Notes under the pieces: generated by a model | The model's database searches: none | Told to the model about the DNA's origin: nothing | What the model saw: only the letters and a program-made list of their open reading frames with translations | Shown here: piece after piece, positions 1 through 8,956 of the stretch | Layout: each line of letters starts with the position of its first letter | How positions within the stretch are numbered: position 1 is the stretch's first letter | Program-made: the position numbers and the translations under genes | From: an uncultured Christensenella sp. | GTDB lineage: Bacteria > Bacillota > Clostridia > Christensenellales > Aristaeellaceae | NCBI GenBank assembly: GCA_964345845.1 | Contig: CAYFSN010000001.1 | Span: 11,469 to 61,933, forward strand | DNA: 50,465 nucleotides | Direction of reading: 5' to 3'

Positions 1-400
1 CGTAACCAAACATCATGCCCTGGTCGCCGGCGCCGGTGCTTTGCTGGGCAGAGGCGTCTTCCCGGGTTTCCAGTGCGTGGGTAACGCCTCCGGAGATATC
101 CGCAGATTGCTCGTTAACAGTGGTGAGCACGGAACATGTGTTGCCGTCAAAGCCCATTTTCGAGCTGTTGTACCCGATGTCCAGCACCACGCTGCGCGCA
201 ATGTCTGGAATGGATACGTAGGTGCCGGTGGATATCTCCCCCATGACCAGCACCATGCCGGTGGTTGCGACGGTTTCACATGCAACCCTTGCCATGGGGT
301 CTTCTTTGAGAATTGCGTCCAGAATGGCGTCCGATATTTGGTCGCATAGTTTATCCGGGTGACCTTCCGTCACCGACTCTGAAGTAAACAGTTTCCGCAT
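1..400 (-). CDS. metK: S-adenosylmethionine synthase, N-terminal part (3' end of the gene lies beyond the window edge)
   Basis: Minus-strand reading from ATG (398-400) gives [35 protein letters not shown]...[12 protein letters not shown], the canonical MetK N-terminus. GAGGAGG lies just upstream. Not in the ORF track because it runs off the edge. Confidence 0.95.
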   Translation of the reverse strand, partial: MRKLFTSESVTEGHPDKLCDQISDAILDAILKEDPMARVACETVATTGMVLVMGEISTGTYVSIPDIARSVVLDIGYNSSKMGFDGNTCSVLTTVNEQSADISGGVTHALETREDASAQQSTGAGDQGMMFGY

Positions 401-413
401 AGTTCCTCCTCGT

Positions 414-545
414 AAAAAACCGCCCGTCTCAGACGGGCGTGTTATCGAAACCTCATCTGCCGGCTTTCGCCGCTGGATTTAGCACCTTGCACTTGCTGGT
501 TGCTGGGCTTCATCGGGCCAGTCCCTCCACCACTCTTGATAAGGA
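414..545 (-). promoter_or_regulatory. SAM-I (S-box) riboswitch with intrinsic terminator expression platform, controlling metK
   Basis: Minus strand reads CTTATCAAGAGTGGTGGAGGGACTGGCCCGATGAAGCCCAGCAACC...AAGGTGCTAAATCCAGC...CAGATGAGG, matching the conserved S-box core. P1 pairs CTTATC with GATGAG. It is followed by hairpin CGCCCGTC-TGAG-GACGGGCG plus a T-run (420-440 and 414-419) immediately before the metK SD. Confidence 0.9.
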
Positions 546-561
546 TATTCAGTTCGCAAGC

Positions 562-590
562 ATACTAACACCGATGGCATGCCATGTCAA
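562..590 (-). promoter_or_regulatory. putative sigma-A promoter for the SAM riboswitch-metK transcript
   Basis: Minus strand has TTGACA (585-590), a 17 nt spacer and TAGTAT (562-567), about 20 nt upstream of the riboswitch P1. Confidence 0.5.
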
Positions 591-598
591 ATGAAATC

Positions 599-627
599 TT
601 GACATACCGCGTGCTATGGGATATCTT
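599..627 (+). promoter_or_regulatory. putative sigma-A promoter for udk, back-to-back with the metK promoter
   Basis: TTGACA (599-604), a 17 nt spacer and TATCTT (622-627), then AAGGAGG and ATG at 646. Confidence 0.4.
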
Positions 628-645
628 CCGCCAAGGAGGTGCCAA

Positions 646-1287
646 ATGCTGTTTATTGGAATTTGCGGTGCCAGCGGTTCTGGCAAAACGACTCTTGCGC
701 TTGAACTGGTGCGCAACCTGCAGGCCAAGTGTTTGGTGCTCAATCAGGATGCCTATTACATTGACCATCCTGAACTTTCTTTTGAACAGCGTGCGCTGCT
801 CAATTACGATGAACCGGATATATTTGACCATGACTTGCTGCTGGAGGACATTGGCGCCCTCATGAATGGTCAGGCCATCCCCCGCCGCGCATATGACTTT
901 GCCCAGCACCGGCGCGCTGACACGGATGAAATGCTTCAGCCCTGCGATGTGCTGATACTGGAAGGCATTCATGCCTTCTATGATGAACGCCTTTTTGACA
1001 AAATGTTTCTGCGGCTCTATATCAACGTTGAAGCGGATATATGTCTTTTGCGGCGCATTAACCGCGACTTGAAGGAGCGCGGGCGCTCCATTGACAGTGT
1101 CAGCTCTCAATACCTGGCGACCGTCAAACCCATGTATGACAAGTACATTCGAAACTATGGCGGCTGCGCCGACGTCATCGTAACCCGCGGCGGCAAAAAC
1201 GCCAGAATCGTAGAGATTCTGGCGGGCTATCTGCGTGACGCGCTGGAGGGCGGACAGAAAGACAAATGCCCTGCCGAGCTAACTTAA
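646..1287 (+). CDS. udk: uridine kinase
   Basis: MLFIGICGASGSGKTTLA P-loop plus the uridine kinase-like body (LNYDEPDIFDHDLL, ILEGIHAF, RRINRDLKERGRS). AAGGAGG precedes the ATG at 646; the 616 start in the ORF track is an upstream extension. Confidence 0.9.
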   Translation: MLFIGICGASGSGKTTLALELVRNLQAKCLVLNQDAYYIDHPELSFEQRALLNYDEPDIFDHDLLLEDIGALMNGQAIPRRAYDFAQHRRADTDEMLQPCDVLILEGIHAFYDERLFDKMFLRLYINVEADICLLRRINRDLKERGRSIDSVSSQYLATVKPMYDKYIRNYGGCADVIVTRGGKNARIVEILAGYLRDALEGGQKDKCPAELT

Positions 1288-1847
1288 AACCCTCCGCCGA
1301 TATGGTCGATGAGGATTTTTGCGCCGATTAGTAGCAGTGTGATGCCGCCCACCAACTGTGCCTTCGCCTTAAAGCGTTCGCCAAAGCGTACCCCCAGCGC
1401 CACGGCGCCGAATGCCAGCACGGCTGTTACAATGGCGATGATGCTGACAGATGAGAGGATGTCAACGTCCAGCATGGCCAGCGCCACCCCTGCCGCCAAC
1501 GCATCAATGCTGGTGGCGATGGATAGCAGCAGCAACTCTTTTACATCAAGCGGTGTGCAGACAAGTTCCTCCTGGTCATGGATGGCGTCCCATATCATTT
1601 TCGCCCCAATGAACGCCAACAATGCAAAGGCAATCCAATGGTCAAACCGTTTGATGTGGTGCGCAAACTGTGAGCCAAGCAACCAGCCAAGCAGAGGCAT
1701 CATCCCTTGAAAGAAGCCAAACGAAAGCGCGATGGCCGCGCTCTGGCGCAAATCACGCTGGCGCATGCAAGCGCCCCGGCAAATAGCCACCGCGCACGCG
1801 TCCATGGATAAACCAACCGACAAAACCAACAGCTCTGTGATGACCAT
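1284..1847 (-). CDS. mntP: manganese efflux pump MntP family membrane protein
   Basis: 187 aa polytopic protein with the duplicated MntP pattern (LSMDACAVAI ... SIDALAAGVAL). Its stop codon overlaps the udk stop convergently (shared TTAA), leaving no room for a terminator. Confidence 0.8.
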   Translation of the reverse strand: MVITELLVLSVGLSMDACAVAICRGACMRQRDLRQSAAIALSFGFFQGMMPLLGWLLGSQFAHHIKRFDHWIAFALLAFIGAKMIWDAIHDQEELVCTPLDVKELLLLSIATSIDALAAGVALAMLDVDILSSVSIIAIVTAVLAFGAVALGVRFGERFKAKAQLVGGITLLLIGAKILIDHIGGGF

Positions 1848-1935
1848 GCTTGTCCTCCTACTGTAGCCGCCGCATTATACCCCTTTCGATTCGCGGCCGC
1901 AACGAATCAACCCATACCAACAGGAGATATGCTCG

Positions 1936-3102
1936 ATGAACAGCGTAATACTACATAGAACAAAAGAAGCCCGTGTGCTGCAGGGGCACCCCTGGGTATT
2001 TAGAAGCGACATCGCAAAGGCAGACGATGCATGCAAACCGGGCGATGTCGTCAATGTACTTAGCGCACGCGGCCAATTTCTGTGCAAGGCTTTGTACAAC
2101 CCCATCAGCCAGATTACTCTGCGCGTGCTTACCAGAAAAGAAGAGGCCGTGGATGCCTCATTTTTCGCTGAGCGCGTACGGCAAGCGGTGGCGTACCGAC
2201 GTTTGTTTGCCGACTTGGGCAGCTGTCGCATCATTCACGCGGAAGCCGATGGTCTGCCGGGTCTTGTGGTGGATAGCTTCGCAGACGTCCTCTCTCTGCA
2301 ATGCTTGTCTTTGGGCATGGAACGATGGTTGCCGGATATTCTGGACGCCTTGGAGCACGAACTCCACCCTGCCGGCATTTGGGCAAGAAATGACGTGTCT
2401 GTGCGGCGTTTGGAGGGGATGGCTGAGGAAAGTGTGCTGCTGCGCGGCAGTGTGCGGGAACGCGTGCAGATGCGTGAAAACGGCATCCTGTTTAACGTGG
2501 ACGTGCAGCACGGGCAGAAAACGGGATACTTTCTGGACCAGAAGGAAAACCGTGCGGCAATAGCACCCTATGTTCAAGGCGCCTGGGTCATGGACTGTTT
2601 CAGCCACACGGGCAGTTTTGCCCTGCACGCCGCCGCCTACGGCGCTTTGGAGGTGGAAGCGGTTGACATCTCCCAATACGCAAATGATTGCGCCCAAGAG
2701 AACGCAAAGCTAAACGGCTTTGAGAATATCCGCTTCGTCACCGCCAATGTATTTGACTACCTGCGTGAACAGGAAAAGGACGGCAAACAATGGGATGTCA
2801 TCATCCTTGATCCCCCTGCCTTCGCGAAGAACAAGGCCAGCATTCCCGCCGCCATCCGGGGCTATAAAGAAATAAACCTGCGTGCGATGAAACTGCTGCG
2901 CCCCGGCGGCTGGCTGATTTCCTGCTCGTGTTCACAGCACATCGTTCAGACGATGTTTCGAGATATCGTTTTGCAGGCAGCGAATGACGCCGGCGTAACC
3001 CTGATGCAGGCAGAGTTCCGCGCGCAAGGACGGGATCACCCCATCCTGCCCGCGGCCATTGAGACCCACTATCTAAAGTGCGGCATTTATCGGGTTGGTT
3101 AA
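1936..3102 (+). CDS. class I SAM-dependent rRNA (cytosine-C5) methyltransferase, RlmI-like (PUA + MTase)
   Basis: 388 aa with N-terminal GHPWVF PUA-like start, QKTGYFLDQKENR, and DCFSHTGSFALHAA/LDPPAFAK methyltransferase motifs typical of the RlmI/YwbD family. Confidence 0.8.
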   Translation: MNSVILHRTKEARVLQGHPWVFRSDIAKADDACKPGDVVNVLSARGQFLCKALYNPISQITLRVLTRKEEAVDASFFAERVRQAVAYRRLFADLGSCRIIHAEADGLPGLVVDSFADVLSLQCLSLGMERWLPDILDALEHELHPAGIWARNDVSVRRLEGMAEESVLLRGSVRERVQMRENGILFNVDVQHGQKTGYFLDQKENRAAIAPYVQGAWVMDCFSHTGSFALHAAAYGALEVEAVDISQYANDCAQENAKLNGFENIRFVTANVFDYLREQEKDGKQWDVIILDPPAFAKNKASIPAAIRGYKEINLRAMKLLRPGGWLISCSCSQHIVQTMFRDIVLQAANDAGVTLMQAEFRAQGRDHPILPAAIETHYLKCGIYRVG

Positions 3103-3897
3103 TCAGTGCATCAGTGTAACGTTGAAGATGTACATCTGCACGCGCAGCCAATAGTGATAGTATAGATTTGCTTCCACATACAGCCGTTTCAGCGCTCGGT
3201 AAATCATGGCTTTGATGCGAATGCCCTTGTGCAGTTTAAAAACAGAGCCCCAGGAGAGGCCTGACACCCTGCGGTCATAATGGTAGACCTCAACAGGCTT
3301 ATATAACACCTTGCCCACTGCCCTGTAGTAGTTCATGTTAAACAGGCAGTCTTCGCCCCATATGATGTCTTCTTGAAAACGCAGACCCAACTCCTCTACA
3401 ATGTTTCGCCTGTACAGTTTGTTCCACAGGGCGCTGTAGTAGTAGCTGCCGGGCCACTGCACCAGCAAATGCAGGAATTGGCGTCTATCGGCAGATAGCG
3501 GCTGCTTAATCAGCCCCCGGCTGTAGCGGCGCTCGCCATCTACAATGACAAAGTGGGATATTGTTAGATCGTGATCTTCCATGCCTTTCAGCATCGATGC
3601 CGTGCTGTTTTCAGGAATCATGTCATCGGCATCAATAAACTGCAGAAACTCCCCCGCGGCCATTTTCAGCCCCGCGTTTCGCGCGGCGCCCGAACCGCCG
3701 TTTTTCTGGTGAATGGCCCGAAACCGTTTGTCCTTTTCACAGTATTGATCAATGATGTCACCGCTGCTGTCTTTACTGCCGTCGTTGACCAGTATGGCTT
3801 CCCAATCCTGGAAGTCCTGCGCCAACAGACTATCTAAACAGCGCGGCAGATTTCGCTGCGCATTGTAGACCGGGATGATGATGGATACCTGCGGCAT
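3103..3897 (-). CDS. family 2 glycosyltransferase
   Basis: MPQVSIIIPVYNAQRNLPRCLDSLLAQ...NDGSKD...FIDADD are GT-A/GT2 signature motifs. AAGGTGG SD precedes the ATG at 3895-3897; the 3939 start is an extension. Confidence 0.85.
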   Translation of the reverse strand: MPQVSIIIPVYNAQRNLPRCLDSLLAQDFQDWEAILVNDGSKDSSGDIIDQYCEKDKRFRAIHQKNGGSGAARNAGLKMAAGEFLQFIDADDMIPENSTASMLKGMEDHDLTISHFVIVDGERRYSRGLIKQPLSADRRQFLHLLVQWPGSYYYSALWNKLYRRNIVEELGLRFQEDIIWGEDCLFNMNYYRAVGKVLYKPVEVYHYDRRVSGLSWGSVFKLHKGIRIKAMIYRALKRLYVEANLYYHYWLRVQMYIFNVTLMH

Positions 3898-3963
3898 GCT
3901 GCTACGTACCACCTTTGTTTGATGACGTAATTGTATCACAGCCTCTACACATGGTCAAAATCA

Positions 3964-3992
3964 TTGCCCGATTTGGCATGATATAGTAAAAT
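3964..3992 (+). promoter_or_regulatory. putative promoter of the phoH-pgpH-ybeY/cdd-era-apbE operon
   Basis: TTGCCC (3964-3969), a 17 nt spacer and TAAAAT (3987-3992), upstream of AAGGAGAG and the TTG start at 4036. Confidence 0.3.
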
Positions 3993-4035
3993 ATAAGTAT
4001 GCTGTATAACAGCAACAAAGGAGAGAAGTAACGTA

Positions 4036-4995
4036 TTGTCAGTTTCGGTTTCTAATTTGGATGTTTATCAGGCGTTGTTCGGAATGAACGACCAGCTTGT
4101 TCGCATTATTGAGCAGTTTTTCTCTGTCAGCATTGTCCTGAGAGATAACGGCTTTCATGTACAGGGTGACCCGGAAGAAAGCGCGCTTGCCAGACAGGCG
4201 ATAGATGCGCTATGCCGTATGCTGTACAACGGCCAGGCCATCGACGCAGGCATGGTGCGCTATGTCTGTGTACTGACGCGCAAGGGCATGGCCGACCAGG
4301 CAGACAAGATGCTTCAAGACGTCGTTGCATTTACACACAAAGGACAGCGCATTCGCTGCAAAACCTTGGGGCAGAGCGCGTATGTCGATAGCATACGCAC
4401 AAACCCCCTCACCATTGCCTTTGGCCCTGCAGGCACGGGCAAAACCTTCCTGGCCATTGCCATGGCAGTCGTGGCACTTCGAAACAAAGAAGTTGAGCGC
4501 ATCATTCTAACCCGCCCCGCAGTGGAAGCCGGTGAGAAACTGGGCTTCCTGCCCGGTGATATGGCACAGAAGGTGGACCCCTATCTGCGCCCGCTGTATG
4601 ATGCGTTGTTTGACCTGCTGGGGCAGGATACATACCTGAGTTTGATTGAAAAGGGCATCATCGAGATCGCGCCGCTTGCCTTCATGCGCGGACGTACATT
4701 AAACGATGCCTTCATTATCCTGGATGAAGCGCAGAACACCACCAACGAGCAAATGAAGATGTTTTTAACCCGCATGGGCAAGAATGCCAAGGTGGTCGTA
4801 ACTGGCGACCTGACGCAGATTGACTTGCCCAGCAACCGGCAAAGCGGCTTGCGCCAGGCCACACAGGTGTTAAGCGACGTGGAAGGCATCAGCATTGTTG
4901 AGTTAAGCGCGCTGGATGTTGTGCGCAATGACCTGGTGCAGCGCATCGTACAGGCCTATGACAAACTGGCGGAGCAGCGTCATGATCAAGGATAA
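4036..4995 (+). CDS. phoH: PhoH family ATPase (PhoH/YbeZ)
   Basis: 319 aa with Walker A GPAGTGKTFLA and the PhoH body (ILTRPAVEAGEKLGFLPGD, ILDEAQNTT, VVTGDLTQIDLP). Conserved position upstream of pgpH-ybeY. Confidence 0.92.
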   Translation: MSVSVSNLDVYQALFGMNDQLVRIIEQFFSVSIVLRDNGFHVQGDPEESALARQAIDALCRMLYNGQAIDAGMVRYVCVLTRKGMADQADKMLQDVVAFTHKGQRIRCKTLGQSAYVDSIRTNPLTIAFGPAGTGKTFLAIAMAVVALRNKEVERIILTRPAVEAGEKLGFLPGDMAQKVDPYLRPLYDALFDLLGQDTYLSLIEKGIIEIAPLAFMRGRTLNDAFIILDEAQNTTNEQMKMFLTRMGKNAKVVVTGDLTQIDLPSNRQSGLRQATQVLSDVEGISIVELSALDVVRNDLVQRIVQAYDKLAEQRHDQG

Positions 4996-7195
4996 CCAAG
5001 GCGTAAAAACCACGCTCAACAAGGCGCAAGCCTATATTCGCAGCCTGCATTTTCAGCGCCTGGCGATAGTCGCACTTGGCACATTGCTCAGCACCATCCT
5101 GGTGGTGCTGGCCGTGTCCCCTACCCGGTACAACCTGTACACGGGCATGGTGCCCAATGCCACCATTTCGGCTACCAGAGACGTGGTGGATACCGTCACC
5201 ACGGAACAAAATAGACAGTCCGCAGCCGCATTTGTCACGCCCATCTATATGTTTGCCGAAGGCAACACTGACCAGGTCATGCTGGACCTGGAAAACGTAT
5301 TGCTGCAGTACGCGGCAGTACGTCAATATGCGCAGTCTTTACCTGACTACTCAACAACTCGTCGGTACACGCCGCAGGAGATTGAGTATGCAACCGAAAT
5401 CGTCAACCTCGTAGAACTGCGCGATTATCAGCTGACTACGCTCATGAACAGCACAAATGAAGCGTATGATGAGCTCATTGCGGCGCTGCGTACGGCGCTC
5501 CGAAACACCATGCAAGGCAATGTCACCGAAGGACAGGAGAACATCGCCATCGATAGCATCATGCAGGTCGTTGGGTACAAAACCAGCGTCAGCCTGTTAC
5601 AGAATGTGGTGCTGCCCACTCTACAAGCGGTGGTTGCCCCCAACATGATTGTCGACATCGAGCGCACCGATGCGGCCCGCCAAACGGCTATGGACGCGGT
5701 AGAGCCTGTTATTTTCAAGCAAGGGCAAAATATTGTTGTCCGCGGTGAAGGACGGCTGCGGCAAAACCAGATTGAGGTCCTCAGCGACCTGGGTCTTCTC
5801 AACCAAAACCGTGCGGATTATCGAATTTTGATTGGCTCTGCCTCCGTAGCGCTGATTGTACTCTTAGCCATGTTTCTGCTGCTACAGGCTGCTGAACCGC
5901 AGTTGGTGGTCAATCGACGCAGGCTGCTGGTCATATACACCGTTATTCTGGCTGTGCTGCTCCTTGCCTTCCTGGCCAAAGCCTTGTTGATGATATTCCT
6001 TGCCCCTGTGGTCCTTGCAGCCATGCTGTTAACCATGCTGCTGGGCTTCATGCCGGGCATCATTATCCACGGCGCGGTAACGCTGCTGTCTGGTTTCATA
6101 TTGGGCACAAGCACGGGTGCCAGCACCTTGGACATCATTCTGGTGACCGTCGCTTTTTTGTTGGCAGGCATTGTGGCTGCCATCATTCTTGGGAAACGAG
6201 CGCCCCGTTCTCTGGTACTTGGCGCTGGTTTGGCCGCCATGATTACCAGCTTTCTGGTCGTGCTGACCATTGGTCTGATTTTCGACAGCAACACGCAATC
6301 CACGCTTATCAAGGCCGCCTATGCCGCTGGCGGTACGCTGATTTCCACCGTGTTGTGTCTGGCGATACAGCCGGTGCTGGAGTCTCTTTTTAACCTGCCC
6401 ACCAATAACCGGCTGATGGAGCTATCCAACCCCAACCACCCTCTGCTCCGCAGGCTGTTGTTGGAGGCACCGGGCACCTATCACCACAGTATCCTCATCG
6501 CAAACATGGCGGAAACGGCAGCGGAGGCGGTGGGCGCCAATCCGCTCCTTGCGCGCGTAGGCGGGTACTATCACGACATAGGCAAGTTGAAAAGGCCCCT
6601 GTACTTCAAGGAAAACCAGATTGGTACCAGTAATATCCACGATACAACAAACCCCAACATTTCAGCCGCCATCATCACCTCCCATGTGCGCGATGGCTTG
6701 GCGCTGGCCAAACAGTATCGCCTTCCCCTTGAGGTACGGCAGATTGTTGAACAGCACCATGGCAATTCCCGGGTGCAGTATTTCTACAGCAAAGCCCTCA
6801 AAGAAGGCGGTGACCCGGTGGATGAAGACAGTTTTCGCTATGAGGGTGACCCGCCGCAAACCGCAGAAGCTGCCATTGTCATGCTTTGCGACACCATTGA
6901 AGCGGCGGTGCGTTCTCTGAGTACCACCAGCCGCGAGGAGATTTCCGCCTTTATCTGGAAACTGATTCGGGGCAAGTTGGATGATGGGCAGCTGGTTAAC
7001 TCGCCCCTGACGCTGAGAGACCTGAACGCTATTCAGGCTACTTGCGCAAATGTGGTGTATGGTATTTTTCATGAACGCATTGAGTATCCCCCCGCGGAAC
7101 CGGCGCGGCTGAGTTTCTCGAAGATTCGCAGTTCGCTAAGAACAAACACCGCTCGTCTGCTGGAAGATCAAAGCAAACATGAAACTGCTGATTAA
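4982..7195 (+). CDS. pgpH: 7TM-receptor/HD-GYP-like HDIG phosphohydrolase (PgpH/YqfF type, cyclic-di-AMP phosphodiesterase family)
   Basis: Extracytoplasmic N-domain, then seven hydrophobic helices, then a C-terminal HD domain (HHSILIANMAE...GGYYHDIGK...EQHHG). Start taken at the ATG overlapping the phoH end. Confidence 0.88.
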   Translation: MIKDNQGVKTTLNKAQAYIRSLHFQRLAIVALGTLLSTILVVLAVSPTRYNLYTGMVPNATISATRDVVDTVTTEQNRQSAAAFVTPIYMFAEGNTDQVMLDLENVLLQYAAVRQYAQSLPDYSTTRRYTPQEIEYATEIVNLVELRDYQLTTLMNSTNEAYDELIAALRTALRNTMQGNVTEGQENIAIDSIMQVVGYKTSVSLLQNVVLPTLQAVVAPNMIVDIERTDAARQTAMDAVEPVIFKQGQNIVVRGEGRLRQNQIEVLSDLGLLNQNRADYRILIGSASVALIVLLAMFLLLQAAEPQLVVNRRRLLVIYTVILAVLLLAFLAKALLMIFLAPVVLAAMLLTMLLGFMPGIIIHGAVTLLSGFILGTSTGASTLDIILVTVAFLLAGIVAAIILGKRAPRSLVLGAGLAAMITSFLVVLTIGLIFDSNTQSTLIKAAYAAGGTLISTVLCLAIQPVLESLFNLPTNNRLMELSNPNHPLLRRLLLEAPGTYHHSILIANMAETAAEAVGANPLLARVGGYYHDIGKLKRPLYFKENQIGTSNIHDTTNPNISAAIITSHVRDGLALAKQYRLPLEVRQIVEQHHGNSRVQYFYSKALKEGGDPVDEDSFRYEGDPPQTAEAAIVMLCDTIEAAVRSLSTTSREEISAFIWKLIRGKLDDGQLVNSPLTLRDLNAIQATCANVVYGIFHERIEYPPAEPARLSFSKIRSSLRTNTARLLEDQSKHETAD

Positions 7196-8063
7196 CCAAC
7201 AGGACGGTATCACGGTCGACCTGAATCTTCTAAACATCATCGCGAGCGCCGCGTCACAGGTAGAGGGCATTTCGATCCCCTGCTACGCCGCGTTGGAGTT
7301 GTGCGATGACGCAAAGATACACAAAGTCAACCTGCAGCAGCGACAAGTAGATGCATCCACTGATGTGCTGAGTTTTCCCACCGTTGAATATCCTGTTGGG
7401 GGCACTGCAGGGCAAGTTCCTCAAAGGCTTCAGCAGGAATGGGACACAGAACTTGGCGGCTGCTTTCTGGGGGAGATCTTTATTTCGGTGCCCCATGCGG
7501 AAGCGCAGGCCCTGGCTTACGGCCATAGTTTTCAACGTGAACTTGGTTACTTGCTGGCACACGGCCTGATGCACTTGTGTGGCTATGACCATCAGAACGA
7601 ACAGGAGAAAAAAGTCATGCGTGAACAGGAGGAAGCCATTCTGCTGAAGGCTGATGAAAAACGGTTATTGGACGCCGCCAGACAAGCCCTGAAGCAAGCC
7701 TATGTCCCGTACTCTAACTATCGGGTAGGGGCAGCCTTGCTGGGCGTAGACGGCAAAATCTACACCGGCTGCAATGTAGAAAACGCATCCTTTGGGTTAA
7801 CCAATTGCGGCGAACGCACGGCGGTCTTTAAGGCGGTCAGTGAGGGATGCACTCAGTTCAAGGCCATTGCCATCGCTGCAAATGGGTTTTCCCCCTGGCC
7901 CTGCGGTGCGTGCCGGCAGGTGCTCAGCGAATTCTGCGCCGATATTCCCATTTTTGTTACCTGGGATGACACGCACGTTGAGAAAACCACTTTACAGGAC
8001 CTCCTCCCCCATAGTTTCTCCCCCGCCAGCGGGGCAACTGACGCCATAAAGAAAGGGCAGTAA
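7179..8063 (+). CDS. ybeY/cdd: in-frame fusion of rRNA maturation endoribonuclease YbeY (about res 1-158) and cytidine deaminase (about res 160-294)
   Basis: N-half has the YbeY zinc motif HGLMHLCGYDH with SFPT and GEIFIS. C-half has YVPYSNYRVGAAL, CNVENASFGLTNCGERTA and PCGACRQV, the cytidine deaminase zinc motifs. No stop codon lies between the two halves. Confidence 0.88.
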   Translation: MKLLINQQDGITVDLNLLNIIASAASQVEGISIPCYAALELCDDAKIHKVNLQQRQVDASTDVLSFPTVEYPVGGTAGQVPQRLQQEWDTELGGCFLGEIFISVPHAEAQALAYGHSFQRELGYLLAHGLMHLCGYDHQNEQEKKVMREQEEAILLKADEKRLLDAARQALKQAYVPYSNYRVGAALLGVDGKIYTGCNVENASFGLTNCGERTAVFKAVSEGCTQFKAIAIAANGFSPWPCGACRQVLSEFCADIPIFVTWDDTHVEKTTLQDLLPHSFSPASGATDAIKKGQ

Positions 8064-8064
8064 C

Positions 8065-8955
8065 ATGGCAGAGCCATTCCGTTCCGGATTCGTAACCTTG
8101 GTGGGTCGCCCCAATGTGGGCAAATCCACGCTATTAAACCGCTTGGTGGGCGAGAAGGTGTCCATTGTGTCCCCCCGCCCGCAGACCACGCGCAACCGCC
8201 TGCTGGGTGTGCTGCATCAACCAAACGCGCAAATCGTGTTTGTTGATACGCCGGGCCTGCACAAACCGCGCACCAAACTAGCCGAATACATGGACAAAAC
8301 CGCGCGTGAAGCCATTCAGGGGGTTGATATCCTTTGCTTCATGGTGGACGCAACCAAGGTACAGCCTTCGGATGTATCTATTGCGGAGTCCTATGCAGCG
8401 CTGAAAGTTCCCCGCTACTTGCTGATTAACAAGGCAGACTTGGTGCGGCCGCCAGAGCTGCTTCCCATCATCGACCAGTTTTCGCAGTGTGGGTTTGATA
8501 TGCTGCTGCCCCTCAGCGCAAAAACCGGCGAAGGCCTGGATACGTTAATGCAGGCCATTGAGAAGGCGCTGCCTGAAGGGCCCAAGTATTTCCCCGAGGA
8601 CATGTGGACCGACCAGAATGAGCGCCAAATGGTGGCGGAAATCATCCGCGAAAAAGCGCTGATGAACCTGAAGGAAGAAGTGCCCCACGGTATTGGGGTT
8701 GAGATTCTCTCCATGGAAGAGAAAAGCGACAAACTAACAGAGATACACGCCAACGTGTATTGCGAGCGGGAAGGCCACAAGCGCATCATCATTGGTTCAA
8801 AGGGTTCTATGCTGCAAAAAATCGGCTCTCAGGCGCGCGCCAGCATTGAACTGCTTCTTGGCACCCAGGTCAACCTGCAGCTTTGGGTCAAAGTGCGCGA
8901 AGGCTGGCGAGACAATCCGCTTGATTTGCGAAACCTGGGGTATGTGGACAACTAA
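8065..8955 (+). CDS. era: GTPase Era
   Basis: GFVTLVGRPNVGKSTLLN G1, DTPG G3, NKAD G4, and a C-terminal KH domain. Typical position after ybeY/cdd. Confidence 0.95.
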   Translation: MAEPFRSGFVTLVGRPNVGKSTLLNRLVGEKVSIVSPRPQTTRNRLLGVLHQPNAQIVFVDTPGLHKPRTKLAEYMDKTAREAIQGVDILCFMVDATKVQPSDVSIAESYAALKVPRYLLINKADLVRPPELLPIIDQFSQCGFDMLLPLSAKTGEGLDTLMQAIEKALPEGPKYFPEDMWTDQNERQMVAEIIREKALMNLKEEVPHGIGVEILSMEEKSDKLTEIHANVYCEREGHKRIIIGSKGSMLQKIGSQARASIELLLGTQVNLQLWVKVREGWRDNPLDLRNLGYVDN

Positions 8956-8956
8956 G

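Noticed and set aside
1848-1935. Possible yybP-ykoY manganese riboswitch upstream of mntP
   Set aside because: mntP is often controlled by this riboswitch. Here only 88 nt separate mntP from divergent rlmI, most of it promoter/SD (GGGGTATAAT ... AGGAGG). The fragment AAAGGGGTATAA resembles the 5' conserved block only superficially, and there is no room for the four-helix aptamer.
8019-8045. SGAT tetrapeptide (SPASGATDA) in the C-terminal tail of the YbeY-Cdd fusion
   Set aside because: It lacks the upstream Asp of the Dxx(s/t)gAT motif and any FMN_bind fold. The protein is cytoplasmic, whereas ApbE acts outside the membrane. Most likely coincidence.
7617-8063. Independent cdd gene starting at internal Met147
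   Set aside because: An AGGAGA lies 8 nt upstream, but Met147 and the following residues (MREQEEAILLKA) match the normal YbeY C-terminal helix, and the frame is continuous with YbeY. Kept only as a possible secondary initiation site in the fusion finding.
8792-8956. N-terminal 55-codon extension of apbE in the ORF track
   Set aside because: It overlaps the 3' end of era in another frame and has no SD. The ATG at 8957 gives a proper signal peptide immediately after the era stop.
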